A stretch of DNA of 63,912 nt, the filler included, from Neolecta irregularis DAH-3 (Eukaryota), in NCBI GenBank assembly GCA_001929475.1. It is 7 parts of 7 records of this genome, joined end to end, with 100 filler letters (N's around TTAATTAATTAA, not from the genome) between each part and the next. Parts side by side here need not be neighbours in the genome. Positions count along the whole stretch, not along the records: positions 24,588 to 34,929 come from LXFE01000762.1; positions 35,030 to 41,210 come from LXFE01000766.1; 5 more parts are not named here. One strand, given 5' to 3'. Positions 27,623-38,606 of the stretch are shown here, one piece after another (position 1 is the first letter of the stretch; each line of letters begins with the position of its first letter). Under the pieces are notes generated by a model, which saw only the letters and a program-made list of their open reading frames with translations, was not told the DNA's origin and did no database searches. The translations under genes and the position numbers were made by a program.

Positions 27623-28443
27623 CTAATATACCCCATTTTCAGAGCTTTTTTGACAAGAATCCTTCAGTGCAGCAAAATGGACTTTCAGAGCATTACCTGT
27701 GCTGGTTGGAAAGTGTTTTCGCTGTATATTCTTCCAAGGAACGTCCTTATTCTATCGGTTTTAAATACAACCAACACAGACAGGCATACTCGTAACATGA
27801 TGATTACTTGATCTTCTTCCACACTCCACCGACCTCTGAATTTCCGGCGGAACACTTTGGTCTCAATATCTTTCAGCATCTCGCCATCTGCTTTCTGTGC
27901 ATCATCTGAATCGGAATGCGAATGATCGGGCGGTGTTTGCAGAGATTCTACAGAAGAGATGCCGCTATTTTCGAATATCGGACTGCTGCGTTCTCTATTC
28001 AAGTAGAGGGAATCATCGTGTTCATAAGTAGCGTCATATCCCTCGTCTCTCTTATCGTTTTTCGATGGCAAGACTTCATCTAGCGCGTGTGAATTCATTG
28101 GGCTCCTTAAGCATATTTCCGTTGGATTAACATATGCCACGCCAAGCTCGGGAAACGCAAACAACGTAGAACTGTTAGAGCCAAGCAGGCGAACCGTGGG
28201 ATCTAGAATTTGATTCCTGCTAAAGTGCAATCTCCTACCATTCGCAATACTCCTTGGAGGTCCAAGTTGATCCATTGCTGCCGGATGAAGGGGATGATAA
28301 ATATGAGAGAAGTGGCAAATTCGCTTCCGCCAGAGAGACGCGCCAGAGTTTTTAAGTCGTTTTTGGGGCTTAGTATTGAAGTGCGCCTGACAAACATGTC
28401 CCAAACCTCTTTAGGTTGGAAGCGAGAAGCAGAGAACAGCATC
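27623..28443 (-). CDS. Putative transcription factor with C-terminal Myb/SANT-like domain (5' structure uncertain)
   Basis: Spliced: RGRWSVEEDQVIIMLR|NKDVPWKNIQRKHFPTSTGNALKVHFAAL, with Myb-type W spacing, after an acidic/Ser-rich region. Confidence 0.6.
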
Positions 28444-29458
28444 CCGGCATCACTTGCAACGCTATGATAAGCAAGCTGGATCTTGAACGTTAACAATGAG
28501 CAGGTCTTTTCAACGTCGAAATAGTTCTAACCGAGATTTGAGCGTGTCATCCGTGTAACGGTAATAAAACAGCTCCGAGGTCCTTTCCATATTTACTACT
28601 TGAAGGAGACCGGCCATCTCTACAAGAAGATTAAAGGTGGCGAAACGTCCTAAAGTCGATTATACCAAAAAGGCGCGGGATTTTCTTCGGAGACCCCCGA
28701 GTCGTCGTACTGTAGCAAGTGACAACGGAATGATAAACTATCCAGGATCTTAACAATAAGCCTTCAACTCGGCTTTTGCGCAAATAAAACAGCTCGTCGA
28801 TACGGCGAGAACCTCTCTCTGTCACACCGGAGACTGCATTAAAGTATGTGTAATAAGAATCGAAAGCTCAGGATGTTATTTTTGGGCAGCACATATTCTT
28901 TGAATCAATATGCGTATGCCTCCGATGCGCGAGCCTAGAGCATTTTTGACAGGTTGAAACCGTTGGTTTAGCAACTTGCCCATATATTTATCAATTTTAT
29001 GGCTTTGGGATCACTAAAACATTTGAGTAGGAATCCGCCTAATGAGCTAACCCTGACAGACACGACTTTAGAAAGCCCTGATTCGAAGAGGAACCTCCAT
29101 AAACTGTCCTTGGGCAAATAAAGCATGTCCAAGCAGGTTCGCAAGTCCGAGAAACAAATTCACAGACATAACAGGCTATGTCTATAGTGAAACCTTTCCG
29201 ACCCTCACAAATCCACTTCACAGACTGGGAACTCATCCTCGATGAAGCCCCCACTAACCTGTAGGAGAACATCACTAACAGTTCAAGGCCATGAAATGAA
29301 GTCTGAGAATTTCGGCCGTTCGCCTACTAGCGGATAAGCGGATAATCATCCGCTTATGTGGTGTAAATTGCGTTCAGTCAATCTTGATCAGGAGTAGTCC
29401 CTAGTGATCATATCGTCAATCGCCCTCTTCTTCTGAATAATATGCCATTTCGATGTAT

Positions 29459-30600
29459 TCAGGATTTGAAGCGAAATAGAGAAGCCTGTGCGAACGCCCA
29501 CGTCAAAAGAGCCGTGCGAGTAGAATAAAGGTCGTGAATATAAATCTGTGCCGGGCAGTGGCACCTCATATGAGATATTTGAATGAGTGCCGGTGATGGC
29601 TGCGATGTCGCCCGTTTAAATTTTCTTTTTTTTGGGAGGGGGAGGGGCAACTCATAAGATATAATAGTACTATTAGACCATGGTAACACATTAATATGTA
29701 CGCGAGAGCATCTCTGTCGGTGATTTCGACAATTTATCATGATCTGAATACTAGGTGCTTTGAGAAATCGGTAATATTTTGCGTTCAAGACTAAAGAGTC
29801 GTATTATTCTTCAAATGAAGAGACCATTCGCCCAAAAGACAGTGGAAGGTCGGAATGCTAGAAGGTCGGAATGGTAGATATTCACTTCCACTGAACCTTT
29901 TCAGTTGTGCTCGGTACTTTATACGTATCTCAGAAAATGAAATCGCAAGACCGATCTTGGCAAATATGATCTTTCGTACAGAGATATCCGTCATTTCATC
30001 TGACAGTTCTCAATTATGAGTAGAGCAAAGAGATATCACAATTATTATCGGATTCCAACGGCAGATTTTACCAGGAGTGTGAGAATTCGGATTGTCACAT
30101 TGAGCACTTGACTGGAATGTGTCATTAGAGGCCAAGACTGCCCTTATTCATCTCGGGGCTCGGTAATGTACCTTACAACATTCGCCTCAAGCTCTTGTAG
30201 AGTTTGAGAGCCATTTCCTGAAATTAAAGATCCCGAAGGATATTAAAGGAGAGATTTTACAACTGTTGTATTGTATCCTAACTAGCATGCACATCGTATA
30301 CAGCTGTCAGACTGTTATGACCAGTCGTCGCCTGGCACATGAAGCACCCTTAATCAGGATTTACAGTCCTGCGAAGTTACCGAGGAGATGGATTTACCAA
30401 ATACCCCCTTTAAGAATCTTCAAGTTATTCTGGGAGAGATGTTCAGTTAGCGGAAAAAAATCTCGATCATGAATAAGAATGCAGAGGTATACATTGTTTT
30501 GATTTCTTGTCTTCTTGGATATCTTTTCGTATTTTCTTTCTATCAACTTGATGGTGAGTCGTCTTTATTCTGGAATCCGGGCTGATTGCCTGACCGAACA
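29459..30600 (-). CDS. Possible multi-exon hypothetical gene
   Basis: Successive short open frames separated by GTA..CAG segments; basic PKKRKFKR motif; not assembled with certainty. Confidence 0.25.
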
Positions 30601-31437
30601 ATGATTCTACATATCCAATATATGTCCCTCCTTAAGATGCATTCAATATACATAAGGCCTGCCTTCCACTCTGATTCACGAATGACTTTGTCATATCTCG
30701 CAAAGTCAGCAAATCGGAAATTTCTCTTCCGGGTATCGCACTTTGATTTATTTTTTGCTCTTCCGAGCTAACAATCTTTAACCCATTCTTTTCGGCTTTA
30801 TGCCGATATAAGCTACCTACCTTATCTTCTTTGGGAAAGTTGGTCCTTGATTGTGAGTTTCAAAAGTTACTGCCATCATTTGCATGATTATACCACATTG
30901 AAACCTAGTAAAAGCCTTGAAATACAGGGTTTAGCGCTGTAGTCAAACCCACTCATATTTAAATCGGCCTATTTTTCGTGCCAATTCGGCCCTTGACGTT
31001 ATTGGATTGATATAATTGTTTGTTCGGATAAACTGCGCTTACAATAGAGACAAACACCTTTACGGATAGGACCTTCCTTAGATGGTCTCTTTCTTAGTTT
31101 TATCAACGATATCGTTGTAGGTTTTTAGATCAGTATGTCAGGGATCAGAATCTCTTACGGTTATCTTAGAAAGTTATACATATGCGCAGACAAGAAAGAA
31201 AAAGTAGCGACATGAAAGACTTGATATTTTCTCAGTTTGATGCTGTTCCTGTATCCACCCATGCTATGCTCTAACACGTTTCACATAGCAGTGATTTTCT
31301 AACAGCTAAGAAACTACGAAATGCGAGAAAAATCAAACGAATAACGTGACTATCTAAATCGCTGGCTTGGCTCCAAACAAAAACAAAGACAGAGCCACTA
31401 AATCAATTAGCGGCGACTTGGCCCTTTTCCTGTTCTG

Positions 31438-32745
31438 ATGACTGATTCTTCTCCTGATCCGCTGGCTTCTTTGTGTTCGCCGTCTCGTAAACGTGTTCGT
31501 TCCCCATCCGCTGTTACCTCGCCGCGTAAACCACTTGTTCGGCTGCCTGTCAGTCCTGCTGTAACGCCTAGATTTAAACTTCAGTATCTCGAAGTAGAAC
31601 CTGAGGACGTATATTTTGTTTAGCCAATTAAGTTGATGTATCTATAGATGGATGACATCAGTGCTGTTATGGAGACCCTCAGCCCTCCACCATCACGAAT
31701 GGCAATGGACGAGATCAATGAAGACAGTGGGCCTATAGTAAAGATCGAATCAGATCCTGTGAACGATGAAGAGACCAGAAAGCATGTTTCTTCACCCTGT
31801 TATACCTGACACACTAGGCAAAAGCGCAAACGAAAAAGCCTTGACAAAACAGATCGAACCTATCGACCACCGTCTAGTTCGAGCCATGTATCAAGTACAG
31901 AAAGCGCAATAGTGTGAGTATATGTCCTATGTATTTATTTACGCTCTAGTGAAATCAGAGAAATGCGCAAGCCTGCACGGAAACGTCGAAAACCTCTAGA
32001 TCATGCAATGTACAAACAAGATCAAATAGACAATATGTGTGAAACTAGCGAAACGACAAACGCGCATGCATTTTGATCACAATGGCTGCTTATATATAGT
32101 AAACGAGCTCGTCACCCTGCAAAATCTCAAGCATCTAATGCTAAAGCAAGGGCACCGGTTAGATCGCGACAGTCAAGCATAACATCGAGAAATTCGATAC
32201 ATATCGAATCTCCTGGCAAGCTCAGACCCTCGTTACCGAATATTGAGTCATCCGATCTGGCGTTTCCTCCACCTGAAATGATTACAGTAACCTCGTCTGC
32301 TGCAGCTGCGGATTATGCTGCTCAGGTCCTAACTCAGCAACAATACGATCGGGTCCATCAATGGAACACGTATCATTGGCGAGTTCTCGAGAGTCTTCTG
32401 GAAGAAGTTGGCCCAGTAGCTGCTATTGAAAAATTCATTGAAACGGAAGGTTTTGGGCAGAGAGAAATCGAAAAGCGAATCAAAGTCCTTGAAATTAAGC
32501 GCGGATTGAAGGATTCTGATAAGAAAGATTGTGGATCGCGGGCCCAGAGTGTCGAGACAGATACCATGTCGGTTGCAGATAATGCTAAATCGACGGACGG
32601 AAAGAGTGTCACGACAATAGCTACTATTGAGGATTTTGTGATTCCGCCGACCGCAGAGAAAATCTCCCAATCACCCGGAATATGGAACAGGCTGTTTGGT
32701 TCAAAATCCAAGAGTGAGCAGAAGAAGCGAGGTTGGCTTTGGTGA
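31438..32745 (+). CDS. Hypothetical Ser/Pro/basic-rich protein, about 4 introns
   Basis: Exons join via short introns; SP/TP-x-R/K sites, basic clusters (KRKRK, RKRRK), helical C-terminal block QWNTYHWRVLESLL. Confidence 0.65.
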
Positions 32746-33570
32746 CACTTATTTAATGACCACAACTGGCATGTCGAACATTTGACCAGAGTTCTCTCTT
32801 TTCGGCTTGTTCATACACTCTCTTGAGACGATTTACTATGATGATAATAGTACATTCTTTTTGAATATGACTTATGAGAGGGTTTCTCAATACCATTTGT
32901 AGGTATTTGGTAATCTTGTGAGACATCCATGGAGCGTAGATTCGATCTTTAACAGACATACCTCGTTAGATTCTAAGAATGGAACAGCTGATATAAGCAT
33001 CTATGTTCTTTATCTTTCCATCAACAGTGCCTGTAGTTTCTTGTTATAGGGCTCGATTTTCTATGACGCTGCATCAGTAATGTCTAACATAGTTTGCTAA
33101 ATATGGCAAGTGTTGTTTTGCACCAATTCTCTTGAGGACGTTTCTGAGATGTGCCTACCGTATGGCAATCGAGGGTTGGTTGGACGATGAAAGAACCGTG
33201 CAAATCTATCTCTGGCAACTACAACCCTTATTTCCTTGGATTCCTTTCCCAATAAGTTAGCCAAATGAGAGTACGTAATCACAACAAACCCTGACTCACT
33301 TCAACATAGAATGAATTTCATGACAGTCCGAGTGCTGAAGAGGAGGCTGGGAGAAAGTAATCTATATCAAAGTGAAAATGCAGGATCCAGTTTTTCAGAA
33401 ATTAAAAGGAGAATAGCCCGTGTAAGAGAAGGAGAAATTAGAACGAAATTCCATACAAGAGATAGGTCTAAAAAGCCCATAGCTATAGATAAAATCGCAA
33501 AGTAGGTAACTTGCTTAATATAGTGACCTACAGATCCTGGGATTGGAAGGGATGGGAAAGTCTCATGATA

Positions 33571-34086
33571 TCAAGAAGATAAAGGCTTCTTTCTCCATTT
33601 AGCGAACTCAATATCCCAACTTTCTTCGCTAACAGGGCATCTCTCCAAGAATAAATTCCATGAGCGTTCTCGTATAATTTCCTCAGTTATTCTTTCTCTT
33701 CTCAGCAGATTTCGGAGCATCGCTCGTTCAAATTCCTCGTGCTCTGATTCATCGGTGGCGATTTTCTCGCAATAGTCTAAAATATCTGCTCGCCCTATCC
33801 ATGTCGAATACATGTACGTTTGAAACCTTTCACAAACTGATGGCGATACCGATCGTGAAGTAGTCCGACGGGCGGGGCCAGTATGGGACCATGGCGCAAT
33901 TGAACTGAGGGAGTTGAGATGATTAGTGATCGAATCATCAACAGATGCTCTTGACTGACGAAGAAAAGCTAACCAAACTTAGTACTGGGCTAAAACATTC
34001 TTGCTTTTGATATACGAAGGGTTGAAGCAGTGTTTTGGCGTAAGCGACGGTTGTTTCGGTGCGGAAGGAGGGTTGAACGTCATCAT
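33571..34086 (-). CDS. MIX23: Mix23/Cid2 (caffeine-induced death 2) mitochondrial intermembrane-space protein, 1 GC-AG intron
   Basis: LTPKHCF...FLRQSRASVDDSITNNLN...CERF...W..R..ILDYC...EEIIRERSW..FLERC. Confidence 0.85.
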
Positions 34087-34511
34087 TGCTGAGAGATCAA
34101 AGTTCATCAATAATCATCAAAACGAGATGTTCATTTAGTCATCTATAACCCACAAACAGTTTGACATCGCTGCTTTGCATAGCAACAGTTTTAGTTAGAC
34201 TTGGCATTGTATTGCAGTTTCTTCGCAAATTTGGGTATCTTGGCGCACGTACTTATTACTACATATTTAGCTTTAATCAAGGGCCTTTCTTTTATTATAT
34301 AAATGCCTTGCTTCTACTTTGTATTTCCTTATATTATCAAATAGACTCCGGTAATTATCACAATGTTGACTAAACGAGCATTCCGGCTAGTACTGAGTTG
34401 CTCGATGTGAACTAGGGCAGCTCTATTAATCTTTCCAACAACTACATCATAAAGCACAGCTGCCACAAGGTCGCGATAGAATGGCAATGTAGAACCAGAG
34501 AGGCTTGACTC

Positions 34512-34660
34512 CAGTGTGGCCACCCGCCCGCCCGCGGCCTTTGGAGCAGACTGGCTAATAAGTAAACAAAGCAAGTAAGCAAGCAAGTCTGGCTGACAAA
34601 AATTGGCAAGTAAGCTAGTACAAAAATGTAGACTTGCTTGAATGGACTTGATAGACTTCA
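34512..34660 (+). mobile_element. hAT-like left terminus with GCAAGT/ACTTG subterminal repeats
   Basis: CAGTGTGGCCACCCGCCCGCCC...; inverted counterpart at 36350-36518. Confidence 0.6.
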
Positions 34661-34844
34661 GTTTAAGGCTTTTAATGAGAAATTGACTTCTTTCTTAATA
34701 CCTCTACCATATATTGTCTGTGTTGTCCCAAGATAAATTATTATATTGAAATGTCAATTCCAATGGTCAATATGGATTCCAGCATACCTCAGGATCTTAC
34801 CACAGCCAACATTTCAATTTTTCAGTACCAGACACCTTCAATAT

Positions 34845-34929
34845 TGTGGGGACACGACTTTAGCACAACGTCGCAACCCCCACCAGCTTGCCACCGCCAC
34901 CGCCAAAGTATCGGAACCGGCACAAGCAG
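34845..34929 (+). mobile_element. 5' part of family B LTR, truncated by gap
   Basis: TGTGGGGACACGACTTTA...ccgccaaagtatcggaa nearly identical to 60729-60810. Confidence 0.7.
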
Positions 34930-35029
34930 NNNNNNNNNNNNNNNNNNNNNNNNNNNNNNNNNNNNNNNNNNNNTTAATTAATTAANNNNNNNNNNNNNNN
35001 NNNNNNNNNNNNNNNNNNNNNNNNNNNNN

Positions 35030-35249
35030 GGACGAGGATGTGCTAACAGCTGACTGGATACGAGGATCTGGAATCAATACTACAAATCTCCTCGATCTGG
35101 GGTCTCGTGTCATCGACCATCCCGCCAGTGGATACCCCTGGAAGGCAGACTTCGCGAAAGATACAATCATGGTGCATCAAGTGAAAACCGCACAGCTATG
35201 GGCACAAACCTTGGATTATTTTGCCTCAAATGTTTTTGCATGGACATAG
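35030..35249 (+). CDS. C-terminal fragment of a probable GT31-type glycosyltransferase (5' part lost in gap)
   Basis: DEDVLTADW (EDV motif) and IMVHQVKT..LW (H-x-x-K motif) before the stop. Confidence 0.5.
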
Positions 35250-35358
35250 GACCAGACTTGCTATAATTGTGAGTCTTGTGCAGAGGTGGGCAGGCAGTTG
35301 GACTCGAAAATAGAAGATATATTAAAATCTTTTAAATTACCACTTAATATACCCCAGC

Positions 35359-35525
35359 TATAAGGATATACCCAAAGGGTATATCTTACCAATACAGCAA
35401 GGTGGCTTAATGGGAAGTATATAAAGGCAGAAGTCAGATATTCCTAAATCCTAGCCAAGTACGAACGAATACTTAGGCAGGTTATAACACTTGGTCTTAC
35501 CATACTTCTAAGCGCATAGCTTACA
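35359..35525 (+). mobile_element. Solo LTR, family A (167 bp) with perfect TSD
   Basis: TATAAG (from TGTAAG)...CTTACA, flanked by CCAGC on both sides (35354-35358, 35526-35530). Confidence 0.8.
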
Positions 35526-35773
35526 CCAGCTGTGCTGGCACTGCATTGCTGCAATAAATTTTGCCAGTGGTTGTATTTCCTTTAGCAGGCTTCCCCAAAT
35601 TCTCTTTTCGTGGGACTGAGCAGGAGAAGGTATTTATATTCAGAGGAGGGAAGACAGATGGAGGGAGTCTTGTAGGTATTGCTTTTCTGCAGATTGTCCG
35701 AGGAAACCAGGATTCATCTGTTGTCCTCTGTAGCTTTTGTTTTAAGCTATCGGAAATATAGTCTGCTGGCTCT

Positions 35774-36150
35774 TGTGAGCGTTAGGTGTCCGGACTTGCC
35801 GCTCAGGAGGCTTCGCTGGGAATATACGATCGCGATTCAGAAATAAAGGCAACTACATATATTATTGCTCCGGTTTGGCCTGACTTGCTAATCAAGCCAG
35901 GCCCTACTTATAGAAGAACTAGCACATGCGCTTCCTTCATCTCCTCTGTTTGTCTCCCTGCCTACCTCTCGGGTGGCAAAGCTTGTGATCGTCCTGACTT
36001 GACTCGGTGGTACTGCCTGCCACGCTCAGGCTGCTTCAATCGGCGTCGCCTTCAGTGGGTCCTTAACCGTTGGGGGAGTCATGGTAGCTTGAGATGTGGG
36101 GCGCCGGCAAGAGCCGACAGCCTGTCGGATCTTGGGGCCTGATTACGTCC
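35774..36150 (-). mobile_element. Solo LTR-like copy, family B
   Basis: TGTGAGC end; gctaatcaagccaggccctacttata core shared with the copies at 4000, 40625 and 60930. Confidence 0.55.
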
Positions 36151-36349
36151 CCTTCGCTCTGGAATTGTCCAATATGAAATATAGAGTTATGGGTAGGTGG
36201 TAGGAAAATAAAATATTGATTGGGAGAGGGTGGGAGGGGTAATGATGTGAGGTGGTCGGGGTAACGCAATAATAGTAAGGTATAGATGATTGGGAAAAAC
36301 TGATGAAAATGTGTGGTGTACGGTGTACCCAACCTCTACTATGATATTA

Positions 36350-36518
36350 CTGTCAAGTCTACCAAGTCCAAGTAAGCAAGTCTACCCTTTTAGACTTGCT
36401 TACTTGCTAATTTTGGACCTCCAGGCAGGTGGTTCATATTTCTTGGGGGGCAGGCAGCTTAGACATCTGCCCAAATGCCTGCCGGAGCCTCTCCAGTGGG
36501 CGGGCGGTGGACACATTG
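36350..36518 (-). mobile_element. hAT-like right terminus
   Basis: Reverse complement CAATGTGTCCACCGCCCGCCC...AAAATTAGCAAGTAAGC...TAGACTTGCTT matches 34512-34660. Confidence 0.6.
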
Positions 36519-36865
36519 TTCATGGATTGGGAGAGGGTTATCATTTCCCCTTGTGATCTCCTTTTTGGTCTAGTCGCTCGTCATCTATCAAATATCCATA
36601 ACCTTGAATGTCAATCGCGGAAAGATGTCGTTAAAATCACCGAATACTGTCAAGTCATCTCTTCAGAAATGGGCATCCTCATTATACTCCAAAGACAGTT
36701 TATGTGTTCCAAATGATCCATGCTCATTGTAGAAACCAGATGCTGATTCAGAACTATCGCAAATCCTGAGACTAGTAGTATTCAGCAATATGGTTCTTCA
36801 GAAAGCAATCTTGGGCTGACATTTGTTCGGTTATGATTTTGGACAACTATATTTGATTATCACTT

Positions 36866-38527
36866 TCATGTATTCATCAATTTTGTGACATAGTCAAGCC
36901 CCATTTGCCAAAAGGCAGCTTCCAACCTTGTTGCGTGTGCAAAAATATCCACAAGCTCTGCTATTCGGCTTGTACTTTGTTTCAAAGCATGCTCTTCAAG
37001 CAACTCTTGACCTAATCGAACAGCCCGTTCATAATCTTGTCCAGCATAATTTTCAATCCATCGATGATAAGGATTATTCTCTAATATCAGGATTATTTGA
37101 ATATGGGGGGTGGACAAACCCCTTTTTATTTTAGAATCGGTAAGCAACCTTTTTGCAATAACTCCATATCCTAGCAAGCATGGGCTTAACCCAACCTGAA
37201 GACCCATCCAATCGCCTTGCAACCCAAGATCAAGCAGATACCGTGAGTAAGCCATCGATTCAACACTTTCTGGAGTGGTGTTTATATCATTTTCGCTGAT
37301 GCCAAAGTCGTCAAAGAAAGACTTGTGCAAAACTATCTCGCGCTCGATATATAGCACAATAGCAGCTGAACTAGCAGACTGAGATAGGGTGGATGCTTTG
37401 TACCCTGCGAGAGAATGTGCCCTAGCATAATGCCTCAACCACATGTAATCTACCTTATTAGAAAGAACTTGCAGATTGATAAACCTTGAACCAGATAATA
37501 CATGAAAGCTTTTTTGTCCAATGTTCCCTCCGCCAGCTGACGAACAAATGAATGATCTGCCGCTCAATTGGTAAATTCTCAAAAAACCCTGCTTACCAAC
37601 GTATTCGGTCCATATATTGCATATTTTGGGATGTCTTATCAAATAATCGTAAAATTTACCTTTGTAGAATGGTAATCGATATATGCTGACGGTATGATTG
37701 ATTGGACCGTGACCTTTCCCAAGGGAAACAGCCTCAGATAATGCAGCTTGGACATAGTGAATGGCATTTTCTACGGCTTGGATGACTGGTTGAGATAGTG
37801 CCAAATTGGAAGCAATTGCAGCGGCTAAGGAACATCCAGTACCATGTGTGGAGGTAGAGTCCACAAATTCGGATTTAAATTCCCAAAATCGCGAGCCGTC
37901 ATACAAGATGTCGATAACAAATTTCTTCTTGATCGTATTTGCATCAGTCAAATTCTCCATGTATGGGCATTGCCCACCTTTTACTAGAACATAAGACGGT
38001 CCCAAGGCTTTTATATCCCTGGCCAAGCTCATAGCATCGTCTTTGCTGTCAGAACAGTTGCTGTTTGTTTGGCATAATAGCAACCGAGCTTCGTCTCTGT
38101 TTGGTGTCAAGATTAATGTCCGTGGCAGCAGAAGTTTGGCATAAGTTTCGACAGCACTAGGTGAAAGCAAAACACTGCCGCTTGTGGAGACCATAACCGG
38201 GTCAACGACAGTGTTGATTAACTTATGTCTGTCTATTGCAGCTGCGACTTCTGCCACGATCTCTGGCGAAGCAAGCATTCCTGTTTTTAATACATCTATT
38301 CCGATGTCCTCAATGCAAGTATCGATTTGTTTTCGGACGAACTGTGAGTCCATAACCTCGATGCCATTCACTTCTTGAGTATTTTGAGAGGTGAGAGCTG
38401 TAATAGCGGTCATGCCATAGACTCCATGAGCGGTCAGGACCTTCAAATCAGCCTGTATACCGGCTCCTCCAGAAGAATCGGAACCGGCAATAACTAATAC
38501 TCGAGAGAGATATTTTGAAGTCTCCAT
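36866..38527 (-). CDS. THI20: HMP/HMP-P kinase fused to TenA (thiaminase II), 3 introns
   Basis: IAGSDSSGGAGIQADLK, KTGML, VDPVMVSTSG, TPN, KGG, THGTGCSL, GHGPINH; TenA part YL.QD, SPCLLGY, NPYHRWI..Y, LEAAFWQM. Confidence 0.95.
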   Translation of the reverse strand: METSKYLSRVLVIAGSDSSGGAGIQADLKVLTAHGVYGMTAITALTSQNTQEVNGIEVMDSQFVRKQIDTCIEDIGIDVLKTGMLASPEIVAEVAAAIDRHKLINTVVDPVMVSTSGSVLLSPSAVETYAKLLLPRTLILTPNRDEARLLLCQTNSNCSDSKDDAMSLARDIKALGPSYVLVKGGQCPYMENLTDANTIKKKFVIDILYDGSRFWEFKSEFVDSTSTHGTGCSLAAAIASNLALSQPVIQAVENAIHYVQAALSEAVSLGKGHGPINHTVSIYRLPFYKGKFYDYLIRHPKICNIWTEYVGKQGFLRIYQLSGRSFICSSAGGGNIGQKSFHVLSGSRFINLQVLSNKVDYMWLRHYARAHSLAGYKASTLSQSASSAAIVLYIEREIVLHKSFFDDFGISENDINTTPESVESMAYSRYLLDLGLQGDWMGLQVGLSPCLLGYGVIAKRLLTDSKIKRGLSTPHIQIILILENNPYHRWIENYAGQDYERAVRLGQELLEEHALKQSTSRIAELVDIFAHATRLEAAFWQMGLDYVTKLMNT

Positions 38528-38606
38528 GACAATGGTTCACTCAATCAAATGGAGTTTGTTATTGAGTTACACGTGTACATTAAACCGGTTTGAAAAAAAT
38601 ATCTAC
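38528..38606. promoter_or_regulatory. 79-bp bidirectional promoter between THI20 and THI6
   Basis: Between divergent ATGs; palindromes TACACGTGTA (38568-38577) and AAACCGGTTT (38582-38591), inverted repeat ACTCAAT/ATTGAGT (38539-38567). Confidence 0.7.

Noticed and set aside
36866-38527. THI20 as an intronless 553-aa ORF
   Set aside because: The frame stays open across three introns by coincidence; the conserved TenA residues (HSFV..L..G.L, YL.QD) require splicing.
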